NCBI GenBank assembly: GCA_029953675.1 | Contig: JAMWBK010000002.1 | Coordinates: forward strand, 682,001-746,000 | Origin: Rhodosorus marinus CCMP1338 | Taxonomy: Eukaryota > Plantae > Rhodophyta | Direction: 5' to 3' | Length of the DNA stretch: 64,000 nt | Part shown: positions 1 through 12,538 of the stretch, one piece after another | How the letters are laid out: every line of letters starts with the position of its first letter | Position numbering within the stretch: position 1 is the first letter of the stretch | The notes under the pieces: generated by a model | Databases searched by the model: none | Seen by the model: only the letters and a program-made list of their open reading frames with translations | What the model was told of the DNA's origin: nothing | Translations under genes and position numbers: made by a program

Positions 1-54
1 GAGGAAGCAGCCCTATCCTGGCCCGTGTACAGGAACTGGGTTGCCGAAACTCAC

Positions 55-115
55 CCAGAAAAGTGGTCAGTAGTAGCGCATCCCTTTGGTAATCGTAGGC
101 TAGGGACGCAGGCAT
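55..115 (-). CDS. Possible first exon of a gene running off the left edge (MPASLAYDYQRDALLLTTFL)
   Basis: ATG at 115, open for 20 codons to a GTGAGT donor at 54; the rest is outside the window. Confidence 0.25.
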
Positions 116-680
116 CTAGAACGGTCCCCCGAAGTTAACCTGCCCTGACTCTTAACCGGTCACGAACCACCGTTTTCAATATCTCCTTGACAGACTGTCC
201 ACCCAAAATATTTGCATATTCATCCCCAAATAGCAGATTTCACGAAAATCCTGATGTTAGATATAGAAGGGGGGTAGTGCTGGATGCGTGTGATTCTAAA
301 TATGGTGAATTAATAATTGAAAAGTTATTACTATACCCCACTGCGTCATATTTGTTGAGGGGAACATGGGCAGTAAATTCACAGCGCTGGATTGTGCAAC
401 GATATGGAGGGGATCGTTTCGAGGTGTCAGCGGGGACGTTCGGGGCCTAGTCTTCGGGCTTGATCTGAGCGTCTTGTTGACTTCGAGCGAGGGTTTTGAT
501 GTCAAAGTTTTTGTGAACAAGAGGTACTGAGGAGGTGTACTTGTTTTCAAACGGAAATTTTCATCTGGCTTTGCAATCGGAAACGTTTTCCAAGACTGTG
601 TGGAGCGGTTGGACGAGCCTTGGCTTGTTTTTTTTTTGGTACGCTCTTCGCGCTCTTTGCTGAATCATTCGCGATCTGGA

Positions 681-1481
681 ATGGGTCAATCTAGAAGCAA
701 ACCGCAACAGACTGCGTCTACGCTTAAGCTCGTTGCAAATGACGAGGATGGCGGCGGTCCGAGTATTCCTGGATTGGCCATGGAAGCTGGTGATTACGAG
801 GAGGTTGTCACGCAGATGGAGAGTGCGAGGAAGGCCGATACTGTAGCATTTCAACAGCGACAGGAGGAGCTTTCTAGCCGTCAGAGGGCAGAGGGAAGCG
901 CACAAGCATCTATTGAGGAGAACAGCAGGCTGACGACGCAGCTTGTCAAGTCTATCGAAGATCAATATCAAGTTGAGGGAGCTGTTGGTGAAAGCGTTAG
1001 CTCTCAAAAGATAAACAAGCTTATTAAGGCTATAGAAGTAGCATCCGAGGAAGCAAATGGCGTCACTGCTGAGGATAGACCACCGCAAGAGTTCAGCACT
1101 ACCAAGGGGAGCTTTGTTGCGAAGAAAGCTAAAGCCTACGCAAAGAAGGACAAGCGCGCCCGTAGGAGGACAAGTGAAGAGAAGTTCGCAAGGGACCAGC
1201 AGATACGGGAATACAACAAGATCGCTGAACACCTTCGCGCGCGCTTCGATCTCGACGCAGTATTAGCGGCCGCGGGTTTGAGTTTTGAGCAACTCGTTGA
1301 GGAGCAACCGGAAGACTTTCTCAGGTTGTACTTCCGCAGCAAATATATACTTGGGGAAACTGAACATTCCCGAAAGGAGACATCGTATCAGGAGGTTGAA
1401 GACGCGATTAGGTTATCGAAGGCTCATTTGCTCCAAGCAGCGGAGAAAGGAAAGGATACCGCGCCATTTGTTCTTAGCTGA
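681..1481 (+). CDS. Hypothetical protein (266 aa), charged/coiled-coil, with N-terminal MGQSRS myristoylation-like motif
   Basis: Intronless ORF with coding-like composition; first ATG at 681 follows a T-rich leader (the track's 600 start is GTG); MGxxxS pattern. Confidence 0.7.
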   Translation: MGQSRSKPQQTASTLKLVANDEDGGGPSIPGLAMEAGDYEEVVTQMESARKADTVAFQQRQEELSSRQRAEGSAQASIEENSRLTTQLVKSIEDQYQVEGAVGESVSSQKINKLIKAIEVASEEANGVTAEDRPPQEFSTTKGSFVAKKAKAYAKKDKRARRRTSEEKFARDQQIREYNKIAEHLRARFDLDAVLAAAGLSFEQLVEEQPEDFLRLYFRSKYILGETEHSRKETSYQEVEDAIRLSKAHLLQAAEKGKDTAPFVLS

Positions 1482-1787
1482 GTAGCTTTTTATTTTGTCG
1501 TATCGGGTTGGCTTCTCAGAAGGCAGCACTCCGCGGGGTTCGGACGCTGGGCAGCGCTGTTACATACAGATTCTGCCCTTCTGCCTGGCCCTTGACCACC
1601 GGATCCTTGAAAATCGGGCTATCCATTCCAGGCGTTTACTGACTTAGATTCAGCATATTATTGTTTAACATCTTATTCAACGTATGTAAATATTTGAACA
1701 GATTGGGGAAGAACAGGTGTACGAGATGCCAGGCCGTGTGGAGCTCCATGCAACGCTTGCGGACTGTGCAAGTTATCTCGACATAAT

Positions 1788-2142
1788 TTAGAGCATTGAA
1801 TCGCAGATGTGAAGCAACCAACGTAATAACATCATCGCAAGCGAAGGCGACAATAAATTCATCAGCTCCGCGCCCGCTGTTGGGGGAAGGAATATCTCTG
1901 CTTGAAGCCACGCTTCACGTTTAGATAAATAGTAGTAGCCCAAACACACGTAGCCGGCCCTTCTCCTCCACTGACCTTTCTCAAAATCATGAAGTGCCGA
2001 GTGGTGCAACATCAACGTCGTCGACGACCCTCCAGCTGCATTAGCTCCAAATTCTCGATCCGTTCTTTGCACTGGCAACCCTCAAGAGGGTCCCAGTCAG
2101 GCGGCCTTTGTTCCAAAAAATTCTTCGAGCCTCGGTTGCCAT
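1788..2142 (-). CDS. Possible small spliced hypothetical gene
   Basis: ATG at 2142 preceded by a GTATGG..TGTAG leader intron and a G/T-rich minus-strand leader; joining it to ORF 1788..2078 needs a short 37-nt intron; no family recognised. Confidence 0.25.
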
Positions 2143-2569
2143 GACAACACCTACAGAACAGCAACTCACTTCCACTCAAGGAAAATTCAACAACCATACC
2201 TGACCAGGTCGTCTTGTCACAGGTAAAGAAAAGAAAAACAACTCCAAAAAAATTCCAGGTGGGACATGCTCGGGACAAGAAGTGTCCCAAATTAGATTTT
2301 TCTGATTTGTCGCTCGTCGTTCCAAATCGTTTGTTGTTTTTTTTCCCTTTGTTGATGCCGTTGGGAGATGGCAATCCTCATAGTTTGGAATTGGATGGTT
2401 TATGGGTATATGATGTTGCATATTTGCATAGTAGACATGGTTAGGGGGCCAAGCGGGAAGAAGTTGAAGCCTGGACAACAGTGAGGCGGTTTTGGGAGAG
2501 GAATCTGACCTGTCCTGAAGGACTCTTGTGTTTTTTTGGTGGTAGTTTTTTTTTTTCTTTGAGCGCTTC

Positions 2570-3657
2570 ATGGAGACAGGATTTGTTGCGGGGGTTTGCG
2601 GGCATCGGTTGCCTGGGAGGGGACGGCAGGTGTGTGGTCGTTCTGGTGAGGGCGATTCTCTGGGCTTGTCGGGGAGCGTCAGAAGAGTGCAGGTGCGGCG
2701 ATGGAGAGGGCAAGGTGTTCGGTGTCTAGCGGAGAATGGCCAGGAGGCGGGGACTAGCGCAGCGGTTAGCAAACCTCTGCGTTTGGAACGAGGCGAGATG
2801 CGGGCGAAGGGGAAGTTGAAGAAGACCACCTCGCTGGGCTCCCTCGGACTGGATATGTATGGACCGGAAAACACTCCTGTAAATGTTACCCTCGTCGTGA
2901 AGAAGGTGCGTTCGGATTTCTACGTAAGAGGGACAGTGAAATCGAAGCTCGTCTGTCGATGTGATCGGTGCGGATCGGATTACGAACATAGAGGTAAAAG
3001 CTCAATAGAAGTCTGGCTCGCAACAAGCGCTGACGGGGTGAGTAGAATTTTACCCCAAAACTCGGAGCACATTGCTTCCAAACCGCAAGCAGACTATTCC
3101 AGACCCGATATCTAACGCAGGACCTACTCGGACGTTAGGAGCCTAAGCTTGCTTCAGAGGAGGACACCCGGGCCGATGAAGCTGTTGTACACTTCACGAA
3201 TGATATGGATCATGTAGATCTCGCCCCGCATATTGTGGATGGCGTAGCAATTTCACTCCCCTTGAAGAAACTGTGCCGGAATGATTGCAGAGGAGATTTA
3301 CCAACGGAGGTGGGCTCTTATCTTGGGGACAACTTGATTACATTTTCTACGCGATGTACTAATCCGGCGGGCTGTCCGTGTTTTCTTTGAACTCTCTCTC
3401 TCTCTCTCTCTCTCTTATGTCTCCAGGGATTGCCTAGTGGTCTGGATGTAGAGTTCCTGACCCCGTCGGGGATTTCCGACGACGAAGAGTTCATGGAAGA
3501 CGAGGATCTTTTCGAGGACATGGAAACGGGCTTGTCTGAACAACAGCGCAAGCTATTTCGTGATCCAAACCAGGTTGAGCCGCTGGAACATAAGCTGGAT
3601 CCTGAGACCGTTGCTATGCTCCGGGAGTGGGAACGAGAACTTCGCGAAAAGGACTAG
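2570..3657 (+). CDS. DUF177/YceD family protein, plastid-targeted
   Basis: Exons 2570-3037, 3139-3309, 3427-3657 join in phase 0; CRCDRC and LPLKKLCRNDCRG motifs of DUF177; transit peptide METGFVAG. Confidence 0.85.
3392..3415 (+). repeat. (CT)12 microsatellite in intron 2 of the DUF177 gene
   Basis: Read directly; it forms the polypyrimidine tract before the 3426 acceptor. Confidence 0.95.
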
Positions 3658-3884
3658 TTGGGCAATCCGGAAACATTTTGACGATAAAAGAAACTGTATT
3701 TGGGAGGAAGCAAGCTGCCTCCTTTTGTTTGTAAAAGAAATTTTTTGTGTCGGAATTCCTTTGCTTTTAGTTTGGCTCTTGCTCTCAGAGGACATCGAGA
3801 TCGCTTCACCCTCATCAACTGTACATTTCGCTTGTCGAAAACCTGTTCTCAACCGTCACAATTTTCCAGTCTCCTTTCGATTGA

Positions 3885-4290
3885 TTAACCATTGGCATTC
3901 TCTTGCAATCCCTCATCGCTTGGGCTTGCCTGCTCGTGATCGCCTAGATTATACCTGTCAGCAATATCTTTCTTCTTCACTGCCTCGAGGTATTCTTCCT
4001 TGAACTTCCATGGAAGCTCGATCGAAGCATCATCGTTACCTTCCATAACCTCGTCGATAGACTTCCCCGGAAACTTCATCCCCCAACACTTCTTCATGGC
4101 TTCATTGAGCTCACGGCAGCCATCCAAACCTCCCTCATGATAATACGTTCTGGCCTGATGTCGTATGCTGAGGCAATAGAACACGCTGTCAAACAGATAC
4201 TGACATAGGTTCTTGTCGCCTTTCGCCGCCAAGCGCTTCACCAGCATCAACTCCGTCTCTCCGTCAAAGTAACCTGTGAAGGTTTCTGAT
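3885..4290 (-). CDS. 3' exon of an EMI1/C22orf39 (DUF3128)-like twin CX9C protein; upstream exons (towards about 5050) unresolved
   Basis: CQYLFDSVFYC..YYHEGGLDG-CRELNEAMKKC: two CX9C motifs with the FD..FYC and YY.G pattern recalled for this family. Confidence 0.6.
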
Positions 4291-5186
4291 CTCTGACGTA
4301 CCGGCATCGCATGATATGGATTGAAGCAATCTCAATCCTCTCTGTCTCCAATACCACTGCGCAATGTTCCCTACGACAAGGCGCCCAGGCGGAGCGACGG
4401 TTGGCTGTCCTTGTCCACTATGCGAATGTGATCAAGTGAGCTAGGGAGTTAAGCGGCACCCGAGCTCGGATTGCTCGCCTTTCCCGGTTTTGAGCTCGGC
4501 GGGAGAACGCCTTCGTCTGGAAAGAAATTCTGATTTGAAGGAGTACTAATTGGAAACCATCTTCCCAACTTGACAATTGCGGATGGCTGCTGGGACCTGA
4601 GGTTCAAATGCAGGCTTTGGGATGAGTTACTCCGTGACTGTCTGATTTCGAAAATTTTGCTCTTCATGTGGATTGATGCTTTTTGAACGGTGCGAGTGAT
4701 GGAATGCTATCAGATCCTCGAGGCGCTGAGCTCGGCAAAGCAAAAGCTGACGCACATCGTAGACGAACCGATTTTTTTCGTTGGCATCTCACCTCACGGA
4801 ACGAGGCCCACATGGCGGTTTACTCTAATGAAAATACAGGCTAGCATATCATGCGGCGGTGGCTTTTCGTACTTTGCTGTAACCCCAGAAACCTCCGAAA
4901 CGGACAAGCGCTAAATTAGAGAGCCTGAGAAAAAGTCACATTCGGATGGACCAACATACTTGATCTACACCAGTTCAGTCAGCAAAACGCCCGGTAAATG
5001 CCTTCAAGTCGTATGTTTTTGCCTCTCAGTCCGTAAAGACAAGCCATCTCAGATTATACCAACGCAGTTATCAGCACCCTAGATGAAGCTTGCTGTCGCA
5101 GGCCAGTGATGCACCACTCAACACCTAATCGTCCAGGAGACGACCCAAAAAGGACACACGGAGTACAACGATTTGTCCAATTATAT

Positions 5187-5231
5187 TGACACGTGTCATA
5201 TATATAAATGGATAATTAAAGACGCGTGTCT
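5187..5231. promoter_or_regulatory. Pair of G-box-like palindromes (TGACACGTGTCA, AGACGCGTGTCT) in an AT-rich divergent intergenic core
   Basis: Perfect 12-bp palindrome at 5187-5198 and a one-mismatch copy at 5220-5231; function inferred only. Confidence 0.35.
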
Positions 5232-5415
5232 AATCAATATTGGTAATAATGCTTCTAGGGGTAGACTTTGTAATAGAGATTCACAAATCGTCTATAAATG
5301 TAATAATTAGTAGTAATAGGCATTTTTGTACCCCTTGAGAGTGTATTTTTTATTTTGTGGTTCAGAGGAAGTGAGCTGAGCTCACAAGTCAGTAGACTTC
5401 GCGGAGAGAGAAGCG

Positions 5416-6057
5416 ATGGGAGGGGTTTGGATGGCAATTGCTTTTAGCTCGGATGGAGAAGAGGAAGATGATACGGATTTGCACTCCGAACTGCATCCTA
5501 GCACCTCTAGTGGTGAAGTTAGACTTCCGTCATGAACTAGGGGTTTACATATCGTTAGTTTGGTTTAGGCAGAGCGTTTCGCTTTTTCTTGTTCCGTTTT
5601 CCGTGCTCGATTGGGTCTGAGGTGTTGCTTGGTAGTCACGCCCTAAAGGCTGGAGCCCCGTGGGGGAAAACGCGGTCTCTTCCGCTGATCAATCTAATGG
5701 TAGTGGTTGCATGTTTCACCGAACGCATCGAGTAGATGATTCTCTGGGAGCTGCTCCTTTTCTTTTCCAAAGACGACCGAACGAATCAGTGTGTTAAAAG
5801 TTTCAGTTGAAGATGAATAGTTGAATTCAGGAACGAAGGTGATCCTAATCGTGCCCGGTGCGAACCAGCACCGACTTTCATTAGATGTTTACTACGCCGA
5901 GAAAGCCTCCTCCATGAGATTACCGGTGCGGACAACAGGAGGTTGCGTTGAATACTTTCTAGCGCCTTTATACAGTTCAGATGGTGTACCGTCCAGCTTG
6001 GTGGGGGAGGACGTTGAGCTGGTTCCTTCAAGAGCTATTTATAGGATACTCAACTAA
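5416..6057 (+). CDS. Possible short spliced hypothetical gene or upstream ORFs ahead of lycopene cyclase
   Basis: Acidic short ORF from ATG 5416 and open frame 5821-6057 after an acceptor-like TTCAG; exon joins not resolved. Confidence 0.25.
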
Positions 6058-6059
6058 GG

Positions 6060-7682
6060 ATGGGGTTTGTATCGATCTTGGGGTTGCCGAACCTGAGAGC
6101 TCGTCAGCTCTCTCTTCGGCGGGCTGTGGCGCGGACATCAGCTGAGCAGGAAGTTGCTAAGAAAGGGGCCGTTGAATCAGTGGATGTTGCCATTATTGGT
6201 GGAGGTCCTGCCGGCCTGTCTTTGGCTAGGGCTGTGAGTGAACGAGGGGCTAGTGTGCTTGTTATAGAAAAGGACGTTGAGAAAAAGTGGCCGAACAATT
6301 ATGGGGTAATGTGACATTCCGAAACAACCTTCACCCAACTTTGCTGACCAAGTCCCCGATGTCGAATGTAGGTGTGGATGGATGAGCTGGCGAGGGTAAG
6401 CCTGGATGACTGCGTTAAAAAGTCATGGCCAGTAGCAACAGTGTACACTGGAGAGGGCGAGAAACGTGTATTAGAACGCCCCTATGGAAGGGTTGATGTG
6501 GAAAAGATGAAGCAGAAAATTCGCGCTCAGTGCCAGGCGACTGGAAAGGTCACGGTGTCTTCTGGATTGGCTAGTTCAGTAGAGCACAAGGAGACTAGCT
6601 CGATTATGACTTTCAAGGCAAATGGGGAGAAAGATTCCAGTAAGTAGTCCTGACTAGCAGTGGACAGCCATGCAATGAATCCGGCGTCTTAAGTATGTGA
6701 ACTCTGATGGGTTATCGACAGGTCAAGTTGAGGCCAAAGCCATCGTTGACGCCACTGGGCATGCGTTAGGATTTGTAGAGTTTACGGAGGGTCATGCTCC
6801 AGGCATCCAAGCCGCGTATGGGATGGAAATCACAGTGCCGTCCCATCCCTGGCCTGTAGGAGAGATGCTGCTTATGGATTTCCGCGCAGAGCACATGAAG
6901 GGTTCGGATAAGGAGAAGAAGGACGCCGATGAGGTTCCCTTGTTTTTCTACGTTATGCCAATGTCCGATACGAGAATATTCGTGGAGGAAACATCGCTAA
7001 TCGGCAAACCTGCTGTTGGCTTTGACTACCTTAAGGAGCAGTGCTACAAGAGACTGGCGTATCATAATGTCCAGGTACGCTTTGTGAGCCATTCCTGTCT
7101 ACAAAGAAGAGCAATACCAACTTTGGCTTTATCTGCTTTGACCAGGTTGACGAAGTACACGAAGAAGAGTTTTGTTTCATTCCAATGGGAGGTGGTATGC
7201 CGCTCCTGAACCAGAGAGTCATTGGGTATGGAGGCTCTGCGGGACTCGTTCACCCAGCCACGGGCTACATGTTCGGAAATGCTGTCAATCGAGTGGATGA
7301 AGTTGGGGAAGCTCTAGTTAATGCCCTGAATGAAGGGAGCCTCAGTGGAGATGAGGTATCGAAGCGAGTTTGGAAGCAGATCTGGAGTGATGCCAGACTC
7401 TTGCAGAGAGACTTCTTGGTCTTTGGAGGGGAAACCATCCTCAGAATGAAGCTGCACGAACTCCAGTACTTCTTTGCAGCCTTCTTTAAGCTCCCCTGGG
7501 AACAGTGGACTGAGTTCTTGAGCTTTGGGCTCATTCGTCCGGAGGAGCGACTAGTTTTTGGGCTTGGAGTATTCCTGCGGACATCGAACGCAGTGAGGTT
7601 CAAGCTAGTATTTGAAGCGATAACCAGAGGACAGTTGACCCTCCTCAATTCGGTAATTCCTAACCCGTTTCGGAGAAACTAA
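6060..7682 (+). CDS. LCY: Lycopene cyclase (CrtL/LCY family, probably beta), plastid-targeted
   Basis: Exons 6060-6305, 6372-6639, 6722-7074, 7146-7682 in phase; DVAIIGGGPAGL dinucleotide motif, PNNYGVW, FVEETSL, EEFCFIPMGG, GLVHPATGY; transit peptide MGFVS. Confidence 0.95.
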
Positions 7683-7731
7683 ATATCGAACTAATGTATG
7701 TTAGGGACTGATCCCAATGATTCCCAACAAT

Positions 7732-8214
7732 CTATCGGGGCGACAAAGAGCTCCCGATATCGGGCTCTGTCAAGTACTCTGAAGGATGCTCTTGTTCCGT
7801 CCATGTTACCGTCATAAGCGACAAATACTCTTGCCCAAAGTGCACTTGCTGAATATGCTTCCGGAGAGTTTCAAGCCGCTCGAATCGACACTCTATCACT
7901 CCGCATTCAATCAGCCCTCCTCTTCTCGATCCTTAAGACAGCGAGCGTCTGGCCGACTTGTGCCTTGACCCAGATACGCCTCCGGTCGTCCCGACCATCT
8001 TCGGGTCCAGTCAAAACCTGTTCGTAGCCTTGAGGTGATCCCATGCACTACCAATAGGCAATCGTCTGCAGAAAGTATGCAACACTAAGATACATCACGC
8101 GCTCCCGCAAGCCTGTGTTGCACCAGGAGGCTATTACGAACGTCACCACCCTGTGTAGTCGACTGTGTCGCACCGGTGCGTTCCATAGAGGTCTTCCCAT
8201 TCATCAAGAGCCAT
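7732..8214 (-). CDS. Possible small multi-exon gene ending in a C2H2-like motif
   Basis: Terminal frame ECGVIECRFERLETLRKHIQQVH...SLSPR* (stop 7732-7734); 5' exons uncertain, ATG candidate at 8214. Confidence 0.3.
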
Positions 8215-8503
8215 CAGGGGCCACCTAGACTTCGTCGATGAGGATTCGGATTGCTACTTAGCGGGAGCTCGGGATGTGAAGGATAGTGTTTGCCAGTTAC
8301 GGGGGAGGGAGATAGATAGATAATAGACGTTAGTCTCGTATAGAGGATCTTATGGGTGCTAGATAGGAGCTGTTTAGTAGCAACAGATGGACGATGCTGG
8401 GTATAAAGCGTAGATTTCTGTTGATGCAGAGGTGTTGATGTGAGGTTTTTGTTTGTTTTGTTTGGTGTTTTTGGAGGGGGGGGCGTAGTGGGTTTGAGGA
8501 AGG

Positions 8504-11298
8504 ATGGAGAAACGTCCAAGTACGATGAATCGTTCGAGGACGTTTGAGACTCTGTCGGGTGGGTTTTCGAAAGGGGATTACGATGCGGTGATAAAGGGAG
8601 CCGAAAAGGCGTTGCGGAGTAACGAAAAGGACGGATGCGTTAAAGCGATGCTGGCGGCGGCCTACATTCGGAGCGGGAAGTTTGTGGAGGGAGTTGCGGC
8701 TGCTGAGGAGGCCCTGAGAGATTCAGGTATACCTGCGGCTCTGCAGAACGACCTGAAGTATATCAAGGCTTACGGTTTGTACGGGAGTCATCAGTACGAC
8801 GAGGCCCTCAAATCCGTTGAAGAACTTCGCAAACAGAAGTTTCAATCCGTGAGTACCGGAACAACTACACAGACGACCAAGGCCGACCTTCCAGTGGTGT
8901 GGGATCTTGTGGCAAATCCTGATCAGTTGCACTCCTCTGCTCTTCAAATTTGTAGGAGTACCTGACGCATCTCGAAGCTCAAACCCTAGGAAGGTCTGCA
9001 AAGAATGAGGAAGCCTCTGCATTGTATAGAGGAATGCTAGATGTGACAGGAAAACGAGGTTTTGGGGCTTGGCTGAGCCAGAGAACCGTGACAGAAGACG
9101 TTGTACAGGTTCGTCCTTTTTGGTGTTTTGCGGATGCGATTAACTGGTTGCGCGCTTTCAGCAATTTTCATGTAGGTCATTCGTGGTGCGGAACTTTTAG
9201 GTGCTGAACGTACGGCTGCCCTGTTATGTTTCCTTCTCTTCTGTGCAGAAATCAGAAGTATTAACGAACTTGACTTTCAATCTCGCATCCTCGGGAAAGG
9301 ACAGTAGCGAAGTTGCGAAATTGCAGGCCGACGATCCAGACTCGCAAACGTCTGAAGTTTTGTTTAACCTTGCGTGCGCCATGATTAGTGCAGGCGATCT
9401 CGACCAGGCTGAACAGGTGCGTCTCGCCCTTCTGAACCTTGCTCGAGCTTCCTTTTATAGTACGATCATCTCATGGCTTTGTTCGGAACGACTGCTCGTA
9501 AGCAGACTCTTAACGAGGCCTATAAAAAAGGGTCGAAGATCCTCGAGGCGGAAGGTGCGTCCGAAGGGGATGCCAATGACGAGCTAGCTGGTATCCTTGT
9601 TCAGCTTGCCTACGTGCAGCAACTGAAAGGCCAAAATGATGCTGCGTCGAACAGCTACGAGAAACTCCTCAGTCAGAAGATATCTGATGTTGCCGTGGCA
9701 GCGGTTGCCAGCAACAACCTTGCCGTTCTGAAGTGGGATGCACCGGGCAGGAACGCCTTGGGCCTAGCCAAGCGATTGAAGGTAAGTTGCAGCCACGGAC
9801 ATGAAGAGTCCCAGATACCGCTTTCAGCGTCTTACTGAACGACGACCAATGTGACTGTCTCCAGAGTACAACCGTGCCCGGGTTGGAGTACAAGCTCACA
9901 AAACCCCAGCTGCAGATCATGGGCTGTAATCGCGCCATCGTGAACCTGGAAATGTCTCGTCTTGATGTTGTTTCCTCTGAGATTGAGGCATTGAAGACAC
10001 TTGCGACAGACAGCGACAACTTAACCCTTATTCAAAGCTCACAGCTGTCGAAATCTAAAAAGTATGGTGTACCTCCTGTCGACTTTTCCGTACGAACGCC
10101 AGGCGTCGTTTTATTTCAGGTGATGACAGTAGCTATGTTCGTTCAACGTAGGTTTGATGAAGCAGAGGAGGTGCTGAAAACAATCCAGAACCCCTCGGTG
10201 CGGAAGGCAGCAATTGCACAGGTAAAACTCGTGCATGGTGATTTTGAGGGGGCAGCGAATTCGATCGCTGAACTTCGCTCTAGCCCCTCGGCGATCGCCA
10301 CGTCCATGACTTTGTACGAAGCAGCTGGAATGGCGGAGAAAGCAAGCTTGTTGGTTAAGGGCGTTGCAAAGGAATGGGCCCAGTCTGGTAGAAAGGAGCT
10401 AGCGGTATCTTCATTGCGAGAGCTTGCTGAAATGTTCCACAGAAACAACATGTGCGAGGAAGCGTTCAAGGCCCATCGAACAACGCTTGTGACATGCAAA
10501 CTAATAGACTGCGTTCCTTTCTCCTCCCTTTACAGGGACTCGGAGGCCGTCGAAGCCCTTCGTGACGTCCTCGTTCTCTCACCTGACGACGAAGCTGCCG
10601 TTGCTAATATTGTGATAGCGTCAAGTAATATGGACTACGAAACTGCTGAAAACTACGCTAGCAGACTCCCCGCTCTGCAGGGAATGCAGGAGATGGACGC
10701 GATCGAGCTTGAAGCCCTGCCCGTTCCAAGACGGGGAGTCGATATGGACAAGCGCCGAGTACGAATAGACGCCGGCAATGAAGAAACTGCGGTAAGACTT
10801 CTACCTAACCGTATCTCTAGTGATGGCGTTCGACGGTGAAAGACAGTGCACTGTTTACCCGGGTCCTTGAGCTGTTCTAGAACGAGCAATTCTTGCGTCC
10901 TCATTAATAACATGTTGAATTTTCGATGAATGTGAGGATGATAAGATGGACGTAACTAACCCTGCCTTGCTATTCACTGTGCTTGATGGAACCTTTAGCC
11001 GAAGACCAAGAAGAAGAAGCGTAAGAACAAAAAGCCGCAAACGTTGAATCCCAACGGCCCCGATCCAGAAAGGTGGATAGCCAAACACATGCGATCGGGT
11101 GCAAGAAAGAAGAAGAAGCGTGCTGACGCCGTCTCACGCGGGTCCCAAGGAGCTGGACTTGCTGCAACTGAAGCCGCAAGTGAGCGAATGACCCATGCCG
11201 CGGAGCGAGCAGGAAAGAACGTTGTAAGCTCCGGTCCAACGGCGGCGTCACGTCCCAAGGGTACTACTAAAACGAAGAAGAAGAAGCACCGGAGATAG
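8504..11298 (+). CDS. SRP72: Signal recognition particle subunit SRP72
   Basis: Multi-exon TPR-like helical protein (KAYGLY, HLEAQ.L, EVLFNLAC); C-terminal Lys-rich region with PDPERWI RNA-binding motif. Confidence 0.9.
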
Positions 11299-12538
11299 TA
11301 CTCCGAACAACAAAAGGTGTGTAAGTAGGGTCAAAAACTTTTGAGAGTAGTAGGGCTCGTCCTGACAAAAACTTTGAAGGGTAAATATAAGTTCAACCGC
11401 CATCGACGACGAAATTTGCATCTTGGAAAATGAGTAGAGTACGAACACGTGGGGATAGGATAGTGAGCTCCCCCACCCCACCCATCCAGTCCAGCATCCT
11501 GCAGTTCATGAAGCGCCCGTAAACACTCCGAAACTGTCAACCCTGCCTATGGATAGCTTTGAAGGGGCCCGGGGAAGCACGAAAGCTCCCTGGATGCTCA
11601 GACTTAAAAAGAATTCTAGTGCTTGCCCAGCACGAATCCCTGAAACTCGTCCCACCCGTGCCGCACTCGTCCCGCCTAGAAAAGAGGGAGAAGAAAAACT
11701 GTCCCAAACTCAGTAAGGCCAATCAACAATGTAACCGAATTGCTCTTAATAAAGCAGTATGTCCCAAATTACTCCCTTGATTTCAAGATAACAAACCATT
11801 TCTACCAAAAGTAGAACAGAATATATTCATAAACGGGACAAAAAACCTACTCAATCAAAATAAATTCAATATCTAAAACCTTCCCCCCCTAGATTTTATT
11901 TATTCTTTAAAATAATATCACCATCCTACCATTTTTGTAATTTTATATTGGATTGGGGTGACTCGACGGCGGCGATACCAGTGAACCGAGCGATTTTTAA
12001 TTCAATTTTTAGTAACCCAAATTCTATTTCGGTTTGGTTGAAATTTTTGGACGGAGGTGGATGAGTGACGCCATGACGGGGGCATTTTGTTTTTTGATCG
12101 CCGTTGACCCGTTTTTGAGTCAATTTTGACCCATTTTAAGGGGGGGGGAAGGAGACGAAACCCGAGAAGAAGTCAAAAATGGAGTTTTTGGGATTGTTTT
12201 GGGAGGATGAGGGAAAGAAAATGTTGCAAGTGGAATTTTGTGCTTTGAGGGGGGTTTCGCTTTTTGTTGGGGAAGGGGAAGGTGGTCGGTCGGGTGTTGG
12301 TAAGGGTTTCTAGGGAACCTGTCAAAAGAGTGGGGCCATTATAATTTTGTTTGACGGAGGGGCGTAGGAGCGTTTTGTTAATAGGTAAGTGGAAAGTTAT
12401 TTTCAAAGCCTGTTTTGATTTTTGACTTTGTCGTTGAGTTCTTGAGCGTTTTGAGGGGAAGGCGTTTGTCTGATCGTGCGGCTTGCTTTCATTTCGGCAT
12501 TTTTGTTTTACGTTTTGGGGGGGTGTTAGAAAGGAGAT

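Noticed and set aside
561-1232. 223-aa minus-strand ORF
   Set aside because: Antisense shadow of the 681-1481 gene
11331-11780. Short ORFs between SRP72 and RPL13A
   Set aside because: No consistent exon chain or recognisable motif
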